The position numbers were made by a program, and so were the translations under genes. The notes under the pieces are model-generated. The model made no database searches, was not told the DNA's origin, and was given only the letters and a program-made list of their open reading frames with translations. A stretch of DNA of 64,000 bases from Candidatus Bathyarchaeota archaeon (lineage in GTDB: Archaea; Thermoproteota; Bathyarchaeia; Bathyarchaeales; Bathycorpusculaceae): assembly GCA_963811105.1 (NCBI GenBank), contig CAWEPZ010000011.1, positions 320,001 to 384,000 on the forward strand, written 5' to 3'. Of this stretch, positions 1-9,976 are shown piece by piece; within the stretch, counting starts at the first letter, position 1; each line of letters starts with the position of its first letter.

Positions 1-914
1 ACATCGCCAGGGTAGAACTTGTCAAAGCCTAAGGGAACCCACCATGAAGGATACAGGTTAAAAGGGCTACCATTGCGTGCATTGCTGACGTCAGGACAGT
101 TAACATAACTCAGCGTCATATCACTTAATGACTCTGGAGCGATTTGGAAGCCAGCAAGTGACACTGCAGAAGTAACGTTTCCACTAACTTGGTATGTGTA
201 ATTCTGCGCTGCAGCTAACGCTGTTGTAATAGCTTGTTGTCGAGGAACTGTTGGTACGCCAATAATATTGTAGAGTGGCCAGTTATTTATGAAGCAGTTC
301 AGCTGCCCCTGATAGTAGCTTAATTCCACGTTTTTTGATGGAGCCGTGATGCCGTTTGCTTCTGTGTACGTCCACACATAATCGATTGTCGCTTCATTAG
401 AATTTAATACCTCAAGTGTCATGCTTCCGGTGGCTTTAGTAATGTTAGCGCTACCAGTGACACCATTCAATGTTGAAGCAAGCGTGCCGTAGAGGGAATT
501 TCTAGTGCAAGTTTGATAATTCTCAAGAAAATTCTTCGCCATCATGGCAGTGCCACTGGCAGGTTGCGCCAATGCAAGTATTCCTCTGTATTCGCTGAGG
601 TATAGCAAGTTTAAAGTGTTGTTCACGAAAGTTGAGCTTACTCTGACTGAGCTTTGATTTGAAATTAGGGTAAAATCGATTTGATTTTGCGGTAGACCTT
701 TGTCTTGGGTGTTGGTTTGCGAGTTTACCTGAGTTGAGTAGGCGCTGGGGTTTATGCCCAAGACACTGCTCAGTATCATGTTTGTGTGGTCTTGACTGTT
801 TGAGATGGTTGCGGCACGTGCGCTTGGCATAAGCAAGAAAGTAGTGGATGAAACGAGAAGGACAGCGACTGCAATTGTCGTTAGGAAAAACTTTTGTTTG
901 GAGATTTTAATCAT
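1..914 (-). CDS. Secreted PepSY-like-domain protein, paralog of 6712..7818 and 9977..11182 (partial, runs off window start)
   Basis: Not in the ORF track; translated by hand: MIKISKQKFFLTTIAVAVLLVSSTTFLLMPSARA...YVWTYTEANG...VPRQQAITTALAAA...PFNLYPSWWV. Signal peptide; GGAGGT RBS upstream. Confidence 0.8.
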   Translation of the reverse strand, partial: MIKISKQKFFLTTIAVAVLLVSSTTFLLMPSARAATISNSQDHTNMILSSVLGINPSAYSTQVNSQTNTQDKGLPQNQIDFTLISNQSSVRVSSTFVNNTLNLLYLSEYRGILALAQPASGTAMMAKNFLENYQTCTRNSLYGTLASTLNGVTGSANITKATGSMTLEVLNSNEATIDYVWTYTEANGITAPSKNVELSYYQGQLNCFINNWPLYNIIGVPTVPRQQAITTALAAAQNYTYQVSGNVTSAVSLAGFQIAPESLSDMTLSYVNCPDVSNARNGSPFNLYPSWWVPLGFDKFYPGD

Positions 915-1173
915 TCTATTTACCTCCATTAATTTAGGTGGAAACCTCCTTGTTTTCCACTCGCCCTTTAATTAGGACTAGGCGGTCACTTATCTCCAAC
1001 GCAGTTTAGCGATGGCCTTGCATCCGCTTGTTTAACCTTTAGAACGAGTAAGCCTTTAAGGTTTGTTGTCTTAAAGCTTACGATTTACTGAAGTCCTGAT
1101 ATAAGACTACATTTCTTTTTGACAAGTTCATCAATAAAACGAAAGTTGTTAGCTAAACCTTTAGTTTTTAAGA

Positions 1174-2565
1174 TTATAGTCTCAAAAGTTTGGTCTTTTT
1201 ACCTTTGGTTTTTTGGCTACAGAATATTATCGCTGTGGATGTTGCTATGAATACAATAATAGTGACAATGATTAATGGATACTCTGGAATTGGCTTTGAC
1301 GCGAAAACAATTGAAACTTGATGCGTACTAAAGTGAATTGTGTACCAGACGTAGTAGTTAGCGGCATCTTGAGTGTAACCTTGATTTAGCGCTGTTTGAT
1401 TATCAGCGTATACTATTGGCGGTGACTCAGAGAGCACAGCTGTCTTCGGAATAGTAATGTTACAAAAACCCGACGTGCCTTCCTGCCCCGTTAAACTAAA
1501 CGTAAGACTGGTTTCCTTGCCAGCTTGGTTAATCAGCGCAACGTTGGACATCTGGTTACTGGTGATTGTTCCGCTGAGGTCAAGCGTGACTTCTAAGCCG
1601 GCGTTGGTTGAGGCTTGGATGGCGGTTTGGATTAAGGTCGCCGTTTGAATAGGCGCTGCCTGGGGGTTAGGCAGAGTTAGGAAAGGTGTGAATGTAACCT
1701 TAGCATCAGGTCGGTTATGTGTGGTTATGGTATTTTTTATCGCTTGGGGGTCGGTTGTTCCCCACCAATTGTACGTGACGGTAACGTAAACTTGTCCGTA
1801 CATGCCGTACTCGGTGGAGCTTATGATATTATTGTTGTGCAATAAAGCTGGGCTGGCTGTAACGTAAAGCCCGATCGCGTTGTTTGTAACTGTGTTGTTT
1901 AGAATACTTAGGCTGTTACTCAAAACCTGAATGCCTATTCCAAAATTGTTAATGATGTTATTAGAAATCGTTGTGTTCCCATTAGATTCTGCCATAATTC
2001 CAATGGTTCCGCTGCCAAATTCGTCGCTGACTGTTTCTTGCCCAGCACTATTAATAATGTTGGATGAAATTATTCCTGAGCCCGCATCATCTATTGCGAT
2101 GCCATTATTAATGCCATTAAGGTTGATGATATTGTTTGTGAGGGTTGAATTTCCTAAAATAAAAACAACATTTGTGCTTCCTATTATCGTGAAACCTGCG
2201 ATTATCACGTTATCAGAATCTACTGCTATTCCAGAAGTCCAGCCAAAGGGAGAGTACGTCTCAGTTGTCACAATAATTGTATCTTGGCAATTTTCCCCTA
2301 TCAGCGATACTGGTTTATCAATTACCAAACTCGCAGGAGGAAGGTTCCTATGCATGCGTTCTGTGGTATTGTAGTTTCCGGATCTGACGTACACTGTGTC
2401 TCCGGCACTTGCATTATCTATAGCCGCTTGAATAGTTCGAAAATCGTCTGGAACAATGATTGTTCTTGAAGAGGCAGCTTTTACAGCGATTGGCTGAAGA
2501 GCCACTGAAGAGGTCAAGAATACAGCGGCAAAAAACAAAACCAAAATCTTATTCTTGCGTCTCAT
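1174..2565 (-). CDS. Secreted right-handed parallel beta-helix (NosD/pectin-lyase-like) surface protein with PEF-CTERM-like tail
   Basis: Signal peptide; VPDDFRTIQAAIDNASAGDTVYVRSG motif; Asn-rich ISNNII repeats; NWWG; C-terminal IPEYP + TM + basic residues. Confidence 0.8.
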   Translation of the reverse strand: MRRKNKILVLFFAAVFLTSSVALQPIAVKAASSRTIIVPDDFRTIQAAIDNASAGDTVYVRSGNYNTTERMHRNLPPASLVIDKPVSLIGENCQDTIIVTTETYSPFGWTSGIAVDSDNVIIAGFTIIGSTNVVFILGNSTLTNNIINLNGINNGIAIDDAGSGIISSNIINSAGQETVSDEFGSGTIGIMAESNGNTTISNNIINNFGIGIQVLSNSLSILNNTVTNNAIGLYVTASPALLHNNNIISSTEYGMYGQVYVTVTYNWWGTTDPQAIKNTITTHNRPDAKVTFTPFLTLPNPQAAPIQTATLIQTAIQASTNAGLEVTLDLSGTITSNQMSNVALINQAGKETSLTFSLTGQEGTSGFCNITIPKTAVLSESPPIVYADNQTALNQGYTQDAANYYVWYTIHFSTHQVSIVFASKPIPEYPLIIVTIIVFIATSTAIIFCSQKTKGKKTKLLRL

Positions 2566-2613
2566 GATTGCAAGAGCGAATGATTTTAAATAAAAGACTT
2601 TTGGTCAAAAAAC

Positions 2614-4286
2614 GAGACCGTGTAAAAAATCAACATAATGACCGGTTGAAAGCTTGAGGAATTACCATTTTCTCTTCTTGATTTTACTCTTCTCTTACTC
2701 TTATTTCTTAACAAGCGCACAAATTAGCGCTTCGACTCCAAGAATGTTCAAAACTCTCCTCAAATTATAAGACAACAAAAGCAACCCGACCTCTCCACTA
2801 ACCTTCCTAAGACCTTTAAGCAACAAATACGGCGCACCAAACGCCCTCTTCAAAGTTCCAAACGTATGCTCAACCACTTTTTTGCGCTCATCCATAACCT
2901 CAGGATGCAACTTCATACGCTCTCTCAAATCATCCACAACCTCCTCATGCACCCAACGCCAAATCAATCGCCCACGCTTATTGCTTGTGCATTTAGTCAT
3001 AAAAAACTGGCAAGAAGAACAAACACCATTTTTGCACTTGTAAATTCGCCTATCCATCCCATCCTGAAACGTACAGCAGTGAAAGTAAAGACGTTGACCA
3101 GCAGGGCAAACATACACATCAGCATCCTTGTCATAGCGAAATTTATCAGCAGTAAACTCCGGCGACACAATACTTCCACCGCTTCCTGATCTCTTTACCG
3201 CAACATAAGGAGTAACCCCACTGTCGACACATTGCTTGATTTGCAAAAAATCAAAATAACCCTTATCAGAAATACAATCAATCTGCTCAACCCCAAGCGT
3301 TTCTTTAGCACTTATCGCTACACCGCTGAGCTGATTTAGATCTGAAGCCTCATTAGTCACCAAATAATTAACGATAAGATGGTTTTTAGAATCCACTGCT
3401 GCCTGCATGTTATAGCAAGACTCTACTCTGCCATGATTCATCATCTGCCGACAATCAGGGTCAGTCAGGGCAACCTCTGTTTGGCCGCTCTTTTCCATCT
3501 TGTCAAGGATTTCTTCAGATTTCTGCTTTTTCTCAAGCAAAGCTGCAAGCTTGTCTACTTTAAAAGCCTTAGCCTCCTCGCCTAACTCGCCGTTGGATTG
3601 CTGCTCGTCAGATGCTTCTTGCTTATCTGCCGCATCCAACTCTTCAAGGTAATGTGTTACTGATTTTTCCATGACCTTTATTCTCTTTGCCAGTGCTCTT
3701 TGGGTGAAGGCTTTATCGTTGGAGTTGACTGCCCGCAGTTTGGTGCCATCTACGGTTACTTGTTTTGCTCCATAGAGACTGAGATCTTTTAAGAAAGCTA
3801 CAAAATCCTTAAACAACGCACCTATGGCTGCTGGGTTGTCTTTTCTAAAATCCGCTATAGTTTTAAAATCAGGCGTTAGGCCTTTGAGTAGCCAGATGCA
3901 TTCAAAGTTTGTTTTGCATTCGCGTTCTAGTTTTCTGCTTGATCGGATGTGGTTTAGGCCTCCGTATAGATAGAGTTTGCAGAGGTCTTTTGGGTTGTAA
4001 GATGGTCTTCCAAGTTCCTGAGGTGTTGAGTGTGTGAAGCCTAATTTTTTCATGTCAAGCGTGTTTACGTATGCATCTATGAACCTGACTGGATTATCCG
4101 TTTCTACGTATTCTTCTATAGTTTTGGGCAGTAGGAACGTTTGGCTTCTGGATAAGCCTTCCACATAGCTGTTGGTTTCAATGTCCATTTGTCTCACCTT
4201 TGAGTCTTTGTCAGCCATTGCTATGTGTCTAGATTTAAGGTTAACGGCATTCTAGGCGAGTTAGGGAAGACTTTTCACACGGTCTC
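2614..4286 (-). mobile_element. IS1182-family insertion sequence, apparently intact
   Basis: Terminal IRs GAGACCGTGTAAAAAATC (2614-2631) and revcomp GAGACCGTGTGAAAAGTC (4269-4286), 16/18 identical; 4-bp direct repeat AAAC at 2610-2613 and 4287-4290. Confidence 0.92.
2701..4218 (-). CDS. IS1182-family DDE transposase
   Basis: GRPSYNP, SSRKLE, PDFKTIADFRK, VDGTK, DKGY, CPAG, VEHTFGTLK motifs. Confidence 0.93.
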   Translation of the reverse strand: MADKDSKVRQMDIETNSYVEGLSRSQTFLLPKTIEEYVETDNPVRFIDAYVNTLDMKKLGFTHSTPQELGRPSYNPKDLCKLYLYGGLNHIRSSRKLERECKTNFECIWLLKGLTPDFKTIADFRKDNPAAIGALFKDFVAFLKDLSLYGAKQVTVDGTKLRAVNSNDKAFTQRALAKRIKVMEKSVTHYLEELDAADKQEASDEQQSNGELGEEAKAFKVDKLAALLEKKQKSEEILDKMEKSGQTEVALTDPDCRQMMNHGRVESCYNMQAAVDSKNHLIVNYLVTNEASDLNQLSGVAISAKETLGVEQIDCISDKGYFDFLQIKQCVDSGVTPYVAVKRSGSGGSIVSPEFTADKFRYDKDADVYVCPAGQRLYFHCCTFQDGMDRRIYKCKNGVCSSCQFFMTKCTSNKRGRLIWRWVHEEVVDDLRERMKLHPEVMDERKKVVEHTFGTLKRAFGAPYLLLKGLRKVSGEVGLLLLSYNLRRVLNILGVEALICALVKK

Positions 4287-4324
4287 AAACCTTGACTAAA
4301 CTTAGCTCTGATTAGTCAATTTTT

Positions 4325-4454
4325 GAGACCATGTAAAAAATCACTAAACAACCATTAGATGCTTGAAAAATCACCCAATGCTCTTATGATTTCACTTTTT
4401 CTCTTACTCTTTATTTCTTAACATGAGCCCCGATTGGCAAAAGCCTTCACATGG
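4325..4454. mobile_element. Degenerate MITE-like relic of a related IS1182 element
   Basis: GAGACCATGTAAAAAATCA and about 100 bp resemble 2614-2712, including the transposase stop region TTATTTCTTAACA; a partial right IR (TTCACATGG) follows. Confidence 0.7.
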
Positions 4455-4508
4455 AAAGTTGACATGAAAGTTAGATAAAGTACTTTAGCAAGACTAATGT
4501 AATTCTAG

Positions 4509-6694
4509 TTGGTGAGGCCGACGTCGAAACTGGCTTCTGCTATTGCTTTCACAACCTTGCTGTTAGCGCTAGTTTTGGGCACGACAGCATTGCCTTCCAG
4601 GGTTTGATTGGCGCTCAAGGTGGTCTTCTATTTGAGAATTCAACCGGACTTCTATATGGAGGAGGCAACACATGGCTTAAGTCGGTTGCTATAGGCGATG
4701 TGGACAGCGATAGTGTAACAGAGATAGTAACTGCAGGCTTCTATAGTGATGGAATTCGCCTTAATTCCATTGTATGCGTTTGGACGGGATCAACGCTAAG
4801 TTTAGAGAGAAGTTATTCATGGTATAATATTTCTAACACAGCGATTAATTCTGTAGCCTTAGGCGACGTAGATAGCGACGGTGACACCGAAATCGTCACA
4901 GGAGGCTACTACAATGACGGCACTAGAGACAATGCACAGGTTCTCGTACTAGATGGTAGTTCCCTGGCAGTTGAGAACTCGATGCAATGGTTCTGGCAAT
5001 CAGATGCTAGAGTTGATTCTGTTGCGATCGGAGACGTTGACAGCGATAGTTACGCAGAGATTGTCACAGAAGGATTTACCAATGATTTCTATAGAGATAG
5101 TGCTCAGGTGGTTGTGTTAACAGGAAGTAATCCTGAGGTTGTGAAAAGCATCAAAACTTGGTATTGGTATAGTAATACATGTATCAATTCAGTCGCGATT
5201 GGAGACGTGGACGGCGACTATGCCCAAGAGGTCGTAACTGGAGGTCAATATTTTGACGGCATCAGGCTTGTTGCACAGGTAGTTGTGTTGTCAGGTGCAG
5301 ATGTTACTAATGTGGAGGCATATAATTCTTGGTATTGGGATTATGATACTTATGTTTCTGGCTTATCGATTGCTGATGTTGATTCCGATTATGCACTAGA
5401 AGTGGTTACTGGAGGCGCTTATAGGGCTAATGGTTTGTATCATTCTCAAGTGGTTGTTTGGAGCGGTTACAATATTCAGAACGTTGAAAGTCTGAAATGT
5501 TGGTTCTGGGGTTCAACGACCTTGGTCTATGACATCGCTGTGGCAAACATAGATTCAAATCCAGACATCGAGGTTGTTACCTCTGGCATGTACTTTGATG
5601 GATTACGCTATCAATCTCAGGTTGTGATATTGAGAGGAGAAAACGTAGATAATATCAAGGATCATTTTTATTGGTTTACAAGTGGTGATACAGAAGCTGT
5701 TTCGGTGGCTGCAGGTGACATTGATTCGGATGGGACGGTAGAGTTTGTAACGAGCGGAAACTATGATAGTTTTTCGACGAGTTATGGTCAAGTGACAGTT
5801 TGGAGCAGACCACCAGTAGCCAGCCTAATCTGGGGCACCTCAAACTATCCTAATGCTACCGATGAGGCGAGTGCTTCAAGTTCGATTTGCCAAGGGATCT
5901 ACCAGCTTTTCGTCGACACTGGCAGGTACGATTTCCACCCAAACTACCAAGGAACCCAAACGCAACGCGCCCAAGTTCTAGGCAACATCTCTCGTTGCGA
6001 TAATCAAGCAAATTTTGAGTTCACAACTGTTTTCTATAAGGGACATACGGGCAGGTATTTCCAGTCAGAGTACATGGGTTATCCCGGAAACGCTACTTGG
6101 TGTCCTCTTTGTAACAACGACCACTACGCAATCTATGACTGCGAGGGTGGAAGCACTAACTATGCAGGTTCAACAGGCGATGGGATTCTCGACAATGCCG
6201 TCTACAACAGCATGGTAGACTTCAAGCACGGTTTTGTTTTCTTGTGGACGTGTTTCTTATCGAATAATAAGGGCGGCCTTGATGATGGTCATGAGTACGG
6301 TATGCCCTATGCGTGGATGGGGTCAATCATGAACAGCATGAACGACAACGGCTACGCATACCCTGACAGCACAGACCGTTGCCTAATTTGCTTCCAAAAT
6401 GATTCAATGCCTTTCGTAAATGCTACCCATAAGATTGCCGGTTGGAACTACGGGCATTTCGCATACAAATTTTATGAGTATCTATTATATTATCACTACT
6501 CAATAAAGGGTGCTCTTGACTTTGCAGCTGTTGACACGTGCGTTGAAAAAGGTGGGACAACTTCAGCCCAAAGTTTCGCGGATACCGAGTTTTACAAAGG
6601 TTATGACTACACGTGGGTTCTCAACGGCGTGACAATTCATGATAATTCTTCTATGAGAGTGTTTGGAGACGGAAACGCAAAGATTCCAAGTTAA
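4509..6694 (+). CDS. FG-GAP-repeat beta-propeller fused to a C-terminal caspase/gingipain-like (clan CD) domain; signal peptide lies in a different frame
   Basis: ORF 4604..6694 has 7 VAxGD(V/I)DSD..E(I/V)VTxG-type repeats, then FYKGH, FVFLWTC, GMPYAW, MRVFGDG. A signal-peptide ORF at 4509-4607 is one frame off. Confidence 0.7.
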
Positions 6695-6711
6695 AACAAG
6701 GTGAAAAATGA

Positions 6712-7818
6712 ATGAAACATTTATCAAAAAAAACTGTTTTCTCATTGGTTCTGCTGGTGATCCTCGCTATCCAATTTCCAAGAATGGTGCATTTCGCCCC
6801 CGCGGAATCTTCAGGTATTGAAAAAGTCAACGTTTTCTTGAAAGACGTTGTAGGAATAGACACCGAGAAATACCAAATTGGGGGAGTAACCGACATCACC
6901 GACAACCCCAAAGAATACCCCGGAATAGTCCGAGAAGGCGGCGAATACACCCTAACAACTGCCGGAAGCACACTGGACATACTGTTTCAGTTTCATAACC
7001 AAACCCTTTCCGCATGCCTTATGCGAGTTATGGAGGGCTCTCCGATTTACCTTCATCCACCTTCCAGTAATCTTCTCACATCCGTCGACACTTTCCTCCA
7101 GAAGTTTCAACAATTCGCGGACAGGGGTAGTTTGGAAGACCAACGCGCGCTTCTGGCCAAGATTAAAGACTTGAATAGCTCAACTCAGACGGTGGGCAAC
7201 CTAAAGCTTTCCATAAACAACATGTCAGACCACATTAACTTCCACTGGACTTACTGCGCAAATGGCGTAGATTACATTGGATTCGGAATGAGTTATCTTC
7301 GAGACGGGACATTTTTCAGTTTTGTGGATGATCGGGGCACATACTTAATTGGCGGGACTGAAGTGAACGTTTCAAAGGAATCGGCAATAAGTATTGCTTT
7401 GAGTGCAGCCAGGAACATGTCACTTCCGTATGCGGTCATCGAATCGCCCGCGGATGAAACACTGATAACATGGAGTCGTGAGCCATTGACGGTCTATCCC
7501 TGCTGGGATGTAACTTTCTATCTCAACATGACCAAGATGGAGGGTCCAAGTCATGTGCAAGTTTTGATCTTCGCGGACACTGGCGAAGTAATTGATTGTT
7601 ACACACTCGCGTCTGGGGGAGGCTCTCCAGTCTTCAATGTAGAGACGTCAGACAACTCAACGACAACCACGTCATCTTCCGGAAACAACACAACAGCAGC
7701 TTCAGCGCTAAACCCAGCGGTGATTGTCGCATGTGCCGTGGTCTTCGTCATTATAGCCTCTGCCGCATTGACCATTGTGAAGAAAGGAAAAACCAAAGAA
7801 CCCGGCAACAAAACTTAG
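6712..7818 (+). CDS. Secreted, C-terminally membrane-anchored PepSY-like-domain protein
   Basis: Signal peptide; VSKESAISIALSAA...PLTVYPCWDV...VLIFADTGEVI; Ser/Thr linker; TM + Lys tail. Confidence 0.75.
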   Translation: MKHLSKKTVFSLVLLVILAIQFPRMVHFAPAESSGIEKVNVFLKDVVGIDTEKYQIGGVTDITDNPKEYPGIVREGGEYTLTTAGSTLDILFQFHNQTLSACLMRVMEGSPIYLHPPSSNLLTSVDTFLQKFQQFADRGSLEDQRALLAKIKDLNSSTQTVGNLKLSINNMSDHINFHWTYCANGVDYIGFGMSYLRDGTFFSFVDDRGTYLIGGTEVNVSKESAISIALSAARNMSLPYAVIESPADETLITWSREPLTVYPCWDVTFYLNMTKMEGPSHVQVLIFADTGEVIDCYTLASGGGSPVFNVETSDNSTTTTSSSGNNTTAASALNPAVIVACAVVFVIIASAALTIVKKGKTKEPGNKT

Positions 7819-8018
7819 TCTCTAGAAATAAGCCCGCCAAGCGCGCGGAAGCTCTGCAAGCTATTTCGCCAACACTAAAAAACACTAAAGAGTGTGAAGA
7901 ACTATGGTTATTTTTCGCCACTTTTTTGTTGGTGTATTAATGCTAGTATCGTTAATGCAATATTAAGACATAAAAGGCGTTAGCATACTACAGGAGTGGT
8001 GTATTAGGTTGACTGCTT

Positions 8019-8477
8019 TTGAGTAAGCAAGACTTTAAGCTCTTGGAAGACGCTAAACCAGGGGACCTCATTTCAGTCGAGTGGTGCGATGCATCCACTG
8101 GAAAAAACAGTATGAACGGCGGTGCCGTAGACGTTCCAGTGCAGAGCTGGGGCATCTTTCTAGGCGTAATAGCAGGACGCGTTCAACACATCATTTTAGC
8201 CCAGAACAGCTTCTCCTTCACAGAAACAGTCTTCGACCTAGATTATACTTCTATCCCGGTGGGGTGGACAGTCGGAGTTAAAGTTCTGGTTCGCGCAAGC
8301 GTAAACAAGGAAATTGCTGACTGCATGATTCATAGCTTCGCCAAAAGCAGTTCAGGACAGTCTCGTTCAAGCATTGTCTCATCTAATCTTCTAAACCCAC
8401 GTTCCCCAAGGATATTCATGTACCATCGAATGCAAAGAGTAAGAATGAGGATGAGGATGCCTTGGCAGAAAATTTAA
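8019..8477 (+). CDS. Hypothetical small beta-rich protein (possibly Sm-like), element-associated
   Basis: VEWCDAS...VQSWGIFLG...IILAQN...IPVGW pattern; loosely similar to 15771..16238. Confidence 0.6.
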   Translation: MSKQDFKLLEDAKPGDLISVEWCDASTGKNSMNGGAVDVPVQSWGIFLGVIAGRVQHIILAQNSFSFTETVFDLDYTSIPVGWTVGVKVLVRASVNKEIADCMIHSFAKSSSGQSRSSIVSSNLLNPRSPRIFMYHRMQRVRMRMRMPWQKI

Positions 8478-8716
8478 TCAAACGTGCCCTCACTCGACGC
8501 CGACCAGCTATACGTGGCCGCACAACCTCTGAAGTTGAATTACCGGACGAACGCTTAGTTCTAGGTGTAGAATTTGCGATTGCAATGGCCATTTGCCTCT
8601 CGTTCCTCGAGGTTGCCCACATGGCTTTATTGGGCAGCTGGAACAGCGAAATTTTCGCAACCATCTCAGGCCTAGTCGGAATCATAATCGGGCTATTTGT
8701 GGGGAAAAAACATTGA
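8462..8716 (+). CDS. Small two-TM membrane protein
   Basis: Two hydrophobic segments; its 3' end is duplicated at 14647-14696. Confidence 0.6.
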   Translation: MAENLIKRALTRRRPAIRGRTTSEVELPDERLVLGVEFAIAMAICLSFLEVAHMALLGSWNSEIFATISGLVGIIIGLFVGKKH

Positions 8717-8795
8717 TGCTTACCAGGTGGAATCAAGCTTAATGGTGAGGGGTAACCCTTGGACAGTTGAGGATGAAAAGCAACTTCGACAGCTC
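8667..8795 (+). repeat. Copy A of dispersed repeat (end of TM gene plus start of a PWTxxDExQLR HTH gene)
   Basis: GGCTATTTGTGGGGAAAAAACATTGA (8691-8716) is identical to 14671-14696; the CCTTGGACAGTT.AGGATGAAA block is also shared. Confidence 0.85.
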
Positions 8796-8796
8796 C

Positions 8797-8947
8797 ACAC
8801 ATAGGACAATCCTTTGCCTTCTTGTTTCCTGTAATTATCATTCCTAAATTGCAATTGTAACAGAGACGTATATGGCAATCTTTGCAGCAGAAGGTTGCTC
8901 CAACTTTGCCACATGCATCACACGTTTTCCACTAACACTCGTTGCAC
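8797..8947 (-). pseudogene. Cys-rich RING-like zinc-finger fragment
   Basis: CDAC-GKVGATFC-CKDCH-IRL-CYNC-x14-CPMC; in-frame TAG at 8932-8934 and no start codon after it. Confidence 0.5.
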
Positions 8948-9145
8948 AATAAAGGTCAGACTTTCAACAGGTATAAACGAAGCCGCCAAGACTACAATGT
9001 GGAAACCACGCTTATAGACAGTATCAACTACTTGATAGCACTATTTTCAGCAGGATCATTTCCTTTAACCATCAATAGTAACAAAAATATGAGTCAAAAG
9101 CTAATGTTTGATTTTTTAGCACCATAACTAATGCAGAATTAAATT

Positions 9146-9325
9146 TTAATCTATTTTTCCAACTTTCAGTATTTTGGGTCCTGGGAAGTGTGTTTCTGGT
9201 TTCTGCTCCTCACTGTCAAGCAGTATTTGGTCGTTTTCGCGCCATCTTAAATCGTCAGCTAACTCTTTTGGGATGGTTATTATTAGGCTATTTCCTGCCT
9301 TTCTTAATTTGACGATTTTCTTCAT
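9146..9325 (-). CDS. AbrB/MazE/SpoVT-family DNA-binding protein (59 aa, below the ORF track cutoff)
   Basis: MKKIVKLRKAGNSLIITIPKELADDLRWRENDQILL, typical swapped-hairpin motif. Confidence 0.8.
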   Translation of the reverse strand: MKKIVKLRKAGNSLIITIPKELADDLRWRENDQILLDSEEQKPETHFPGPKILKVGKID

Positions 9326-9486
9326 TTCGCTTTTCCTCGAGGTGTAGGTGACTTTATGCGTTTATCTCGAATGCATGTGTTTTGCGCATGTTTTTAACCA
9401 GTATTTCGTATTTTTATATATGATTGGGTGTTGTCCAGTATCATCAGGTATATACAGATAAGTGTGCGTAATGGGTTAAATGAACC

Positions 9487-9696
9487 TGGTCAACTGAGAA
9501 AGACTCTACCGATATTCTGAAAGGGACCGCTCTTGATGTTTATCGCCTGTTACTAAAGGCAAGAAAACCTCTTGGAATCAAAGAAATCCAGCGGGCGTTG
9601 AATTTAAGTAGTCCTTCAGTGGCTCAGCATCACTTCTCCTGGCTAGAAAGTGTAGGACTTGTAAAGCATGAGTCAGGCTCTTATGTTGTCAATAAT
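9487..9696 (+). pseudogene. Winged-helix regulator remnant
   Basis: LKGTALDVYRLLLKARKPLGIKEIQRALNLSSPSVAQHHFSWLESVGLV; no valid start codon; truncated by the downstream fragment. Confidence 0.65.
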
Positions 9697-9858
9697 GTAG
9701 GCATAGCTTGTTACGTGGGATGTTCTTTTGAATGTGAAGAGGTATTTTTGCCAAGTGATGTGGCTTTGTTTGAGTGGGTGGTTGCAGTATAGGCACAGCT
9801 TTATCTCTGGGTTAAAATATACTTGTTTTGCCCCGCTGTAGTCTTTCGCTTTCTTCAT
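9673..9858 (-). pseudogene. Possible transposase N-terminal fragment
   Basis: YFNPEIKLCLYCNHPL...WQKYL CxxC fragment; enclosed by a 9-bp IR (TGTCAATAA 9687-9695, TTATTGACA 9939-9947). Confidence 0.35.
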
Positions 9859-9976
9859 TGATTCGTCGTCAATATAGCGTTAGATTACAGCTGGGCTTAA
9901 AAGCAAAAATTGGTTGCTTTTCTTGATCGGCTAGTTAGTTATTGACATATGGAAAAAAAAGCAAAAAGGAAAGTTA

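Noticed and set aside
8416-8841. 141-aa minus-strand ORF
   Set aside because: Chimera of the Cys-rich fragment and the antisense of the 8462..8716 gene and repeat copy A.
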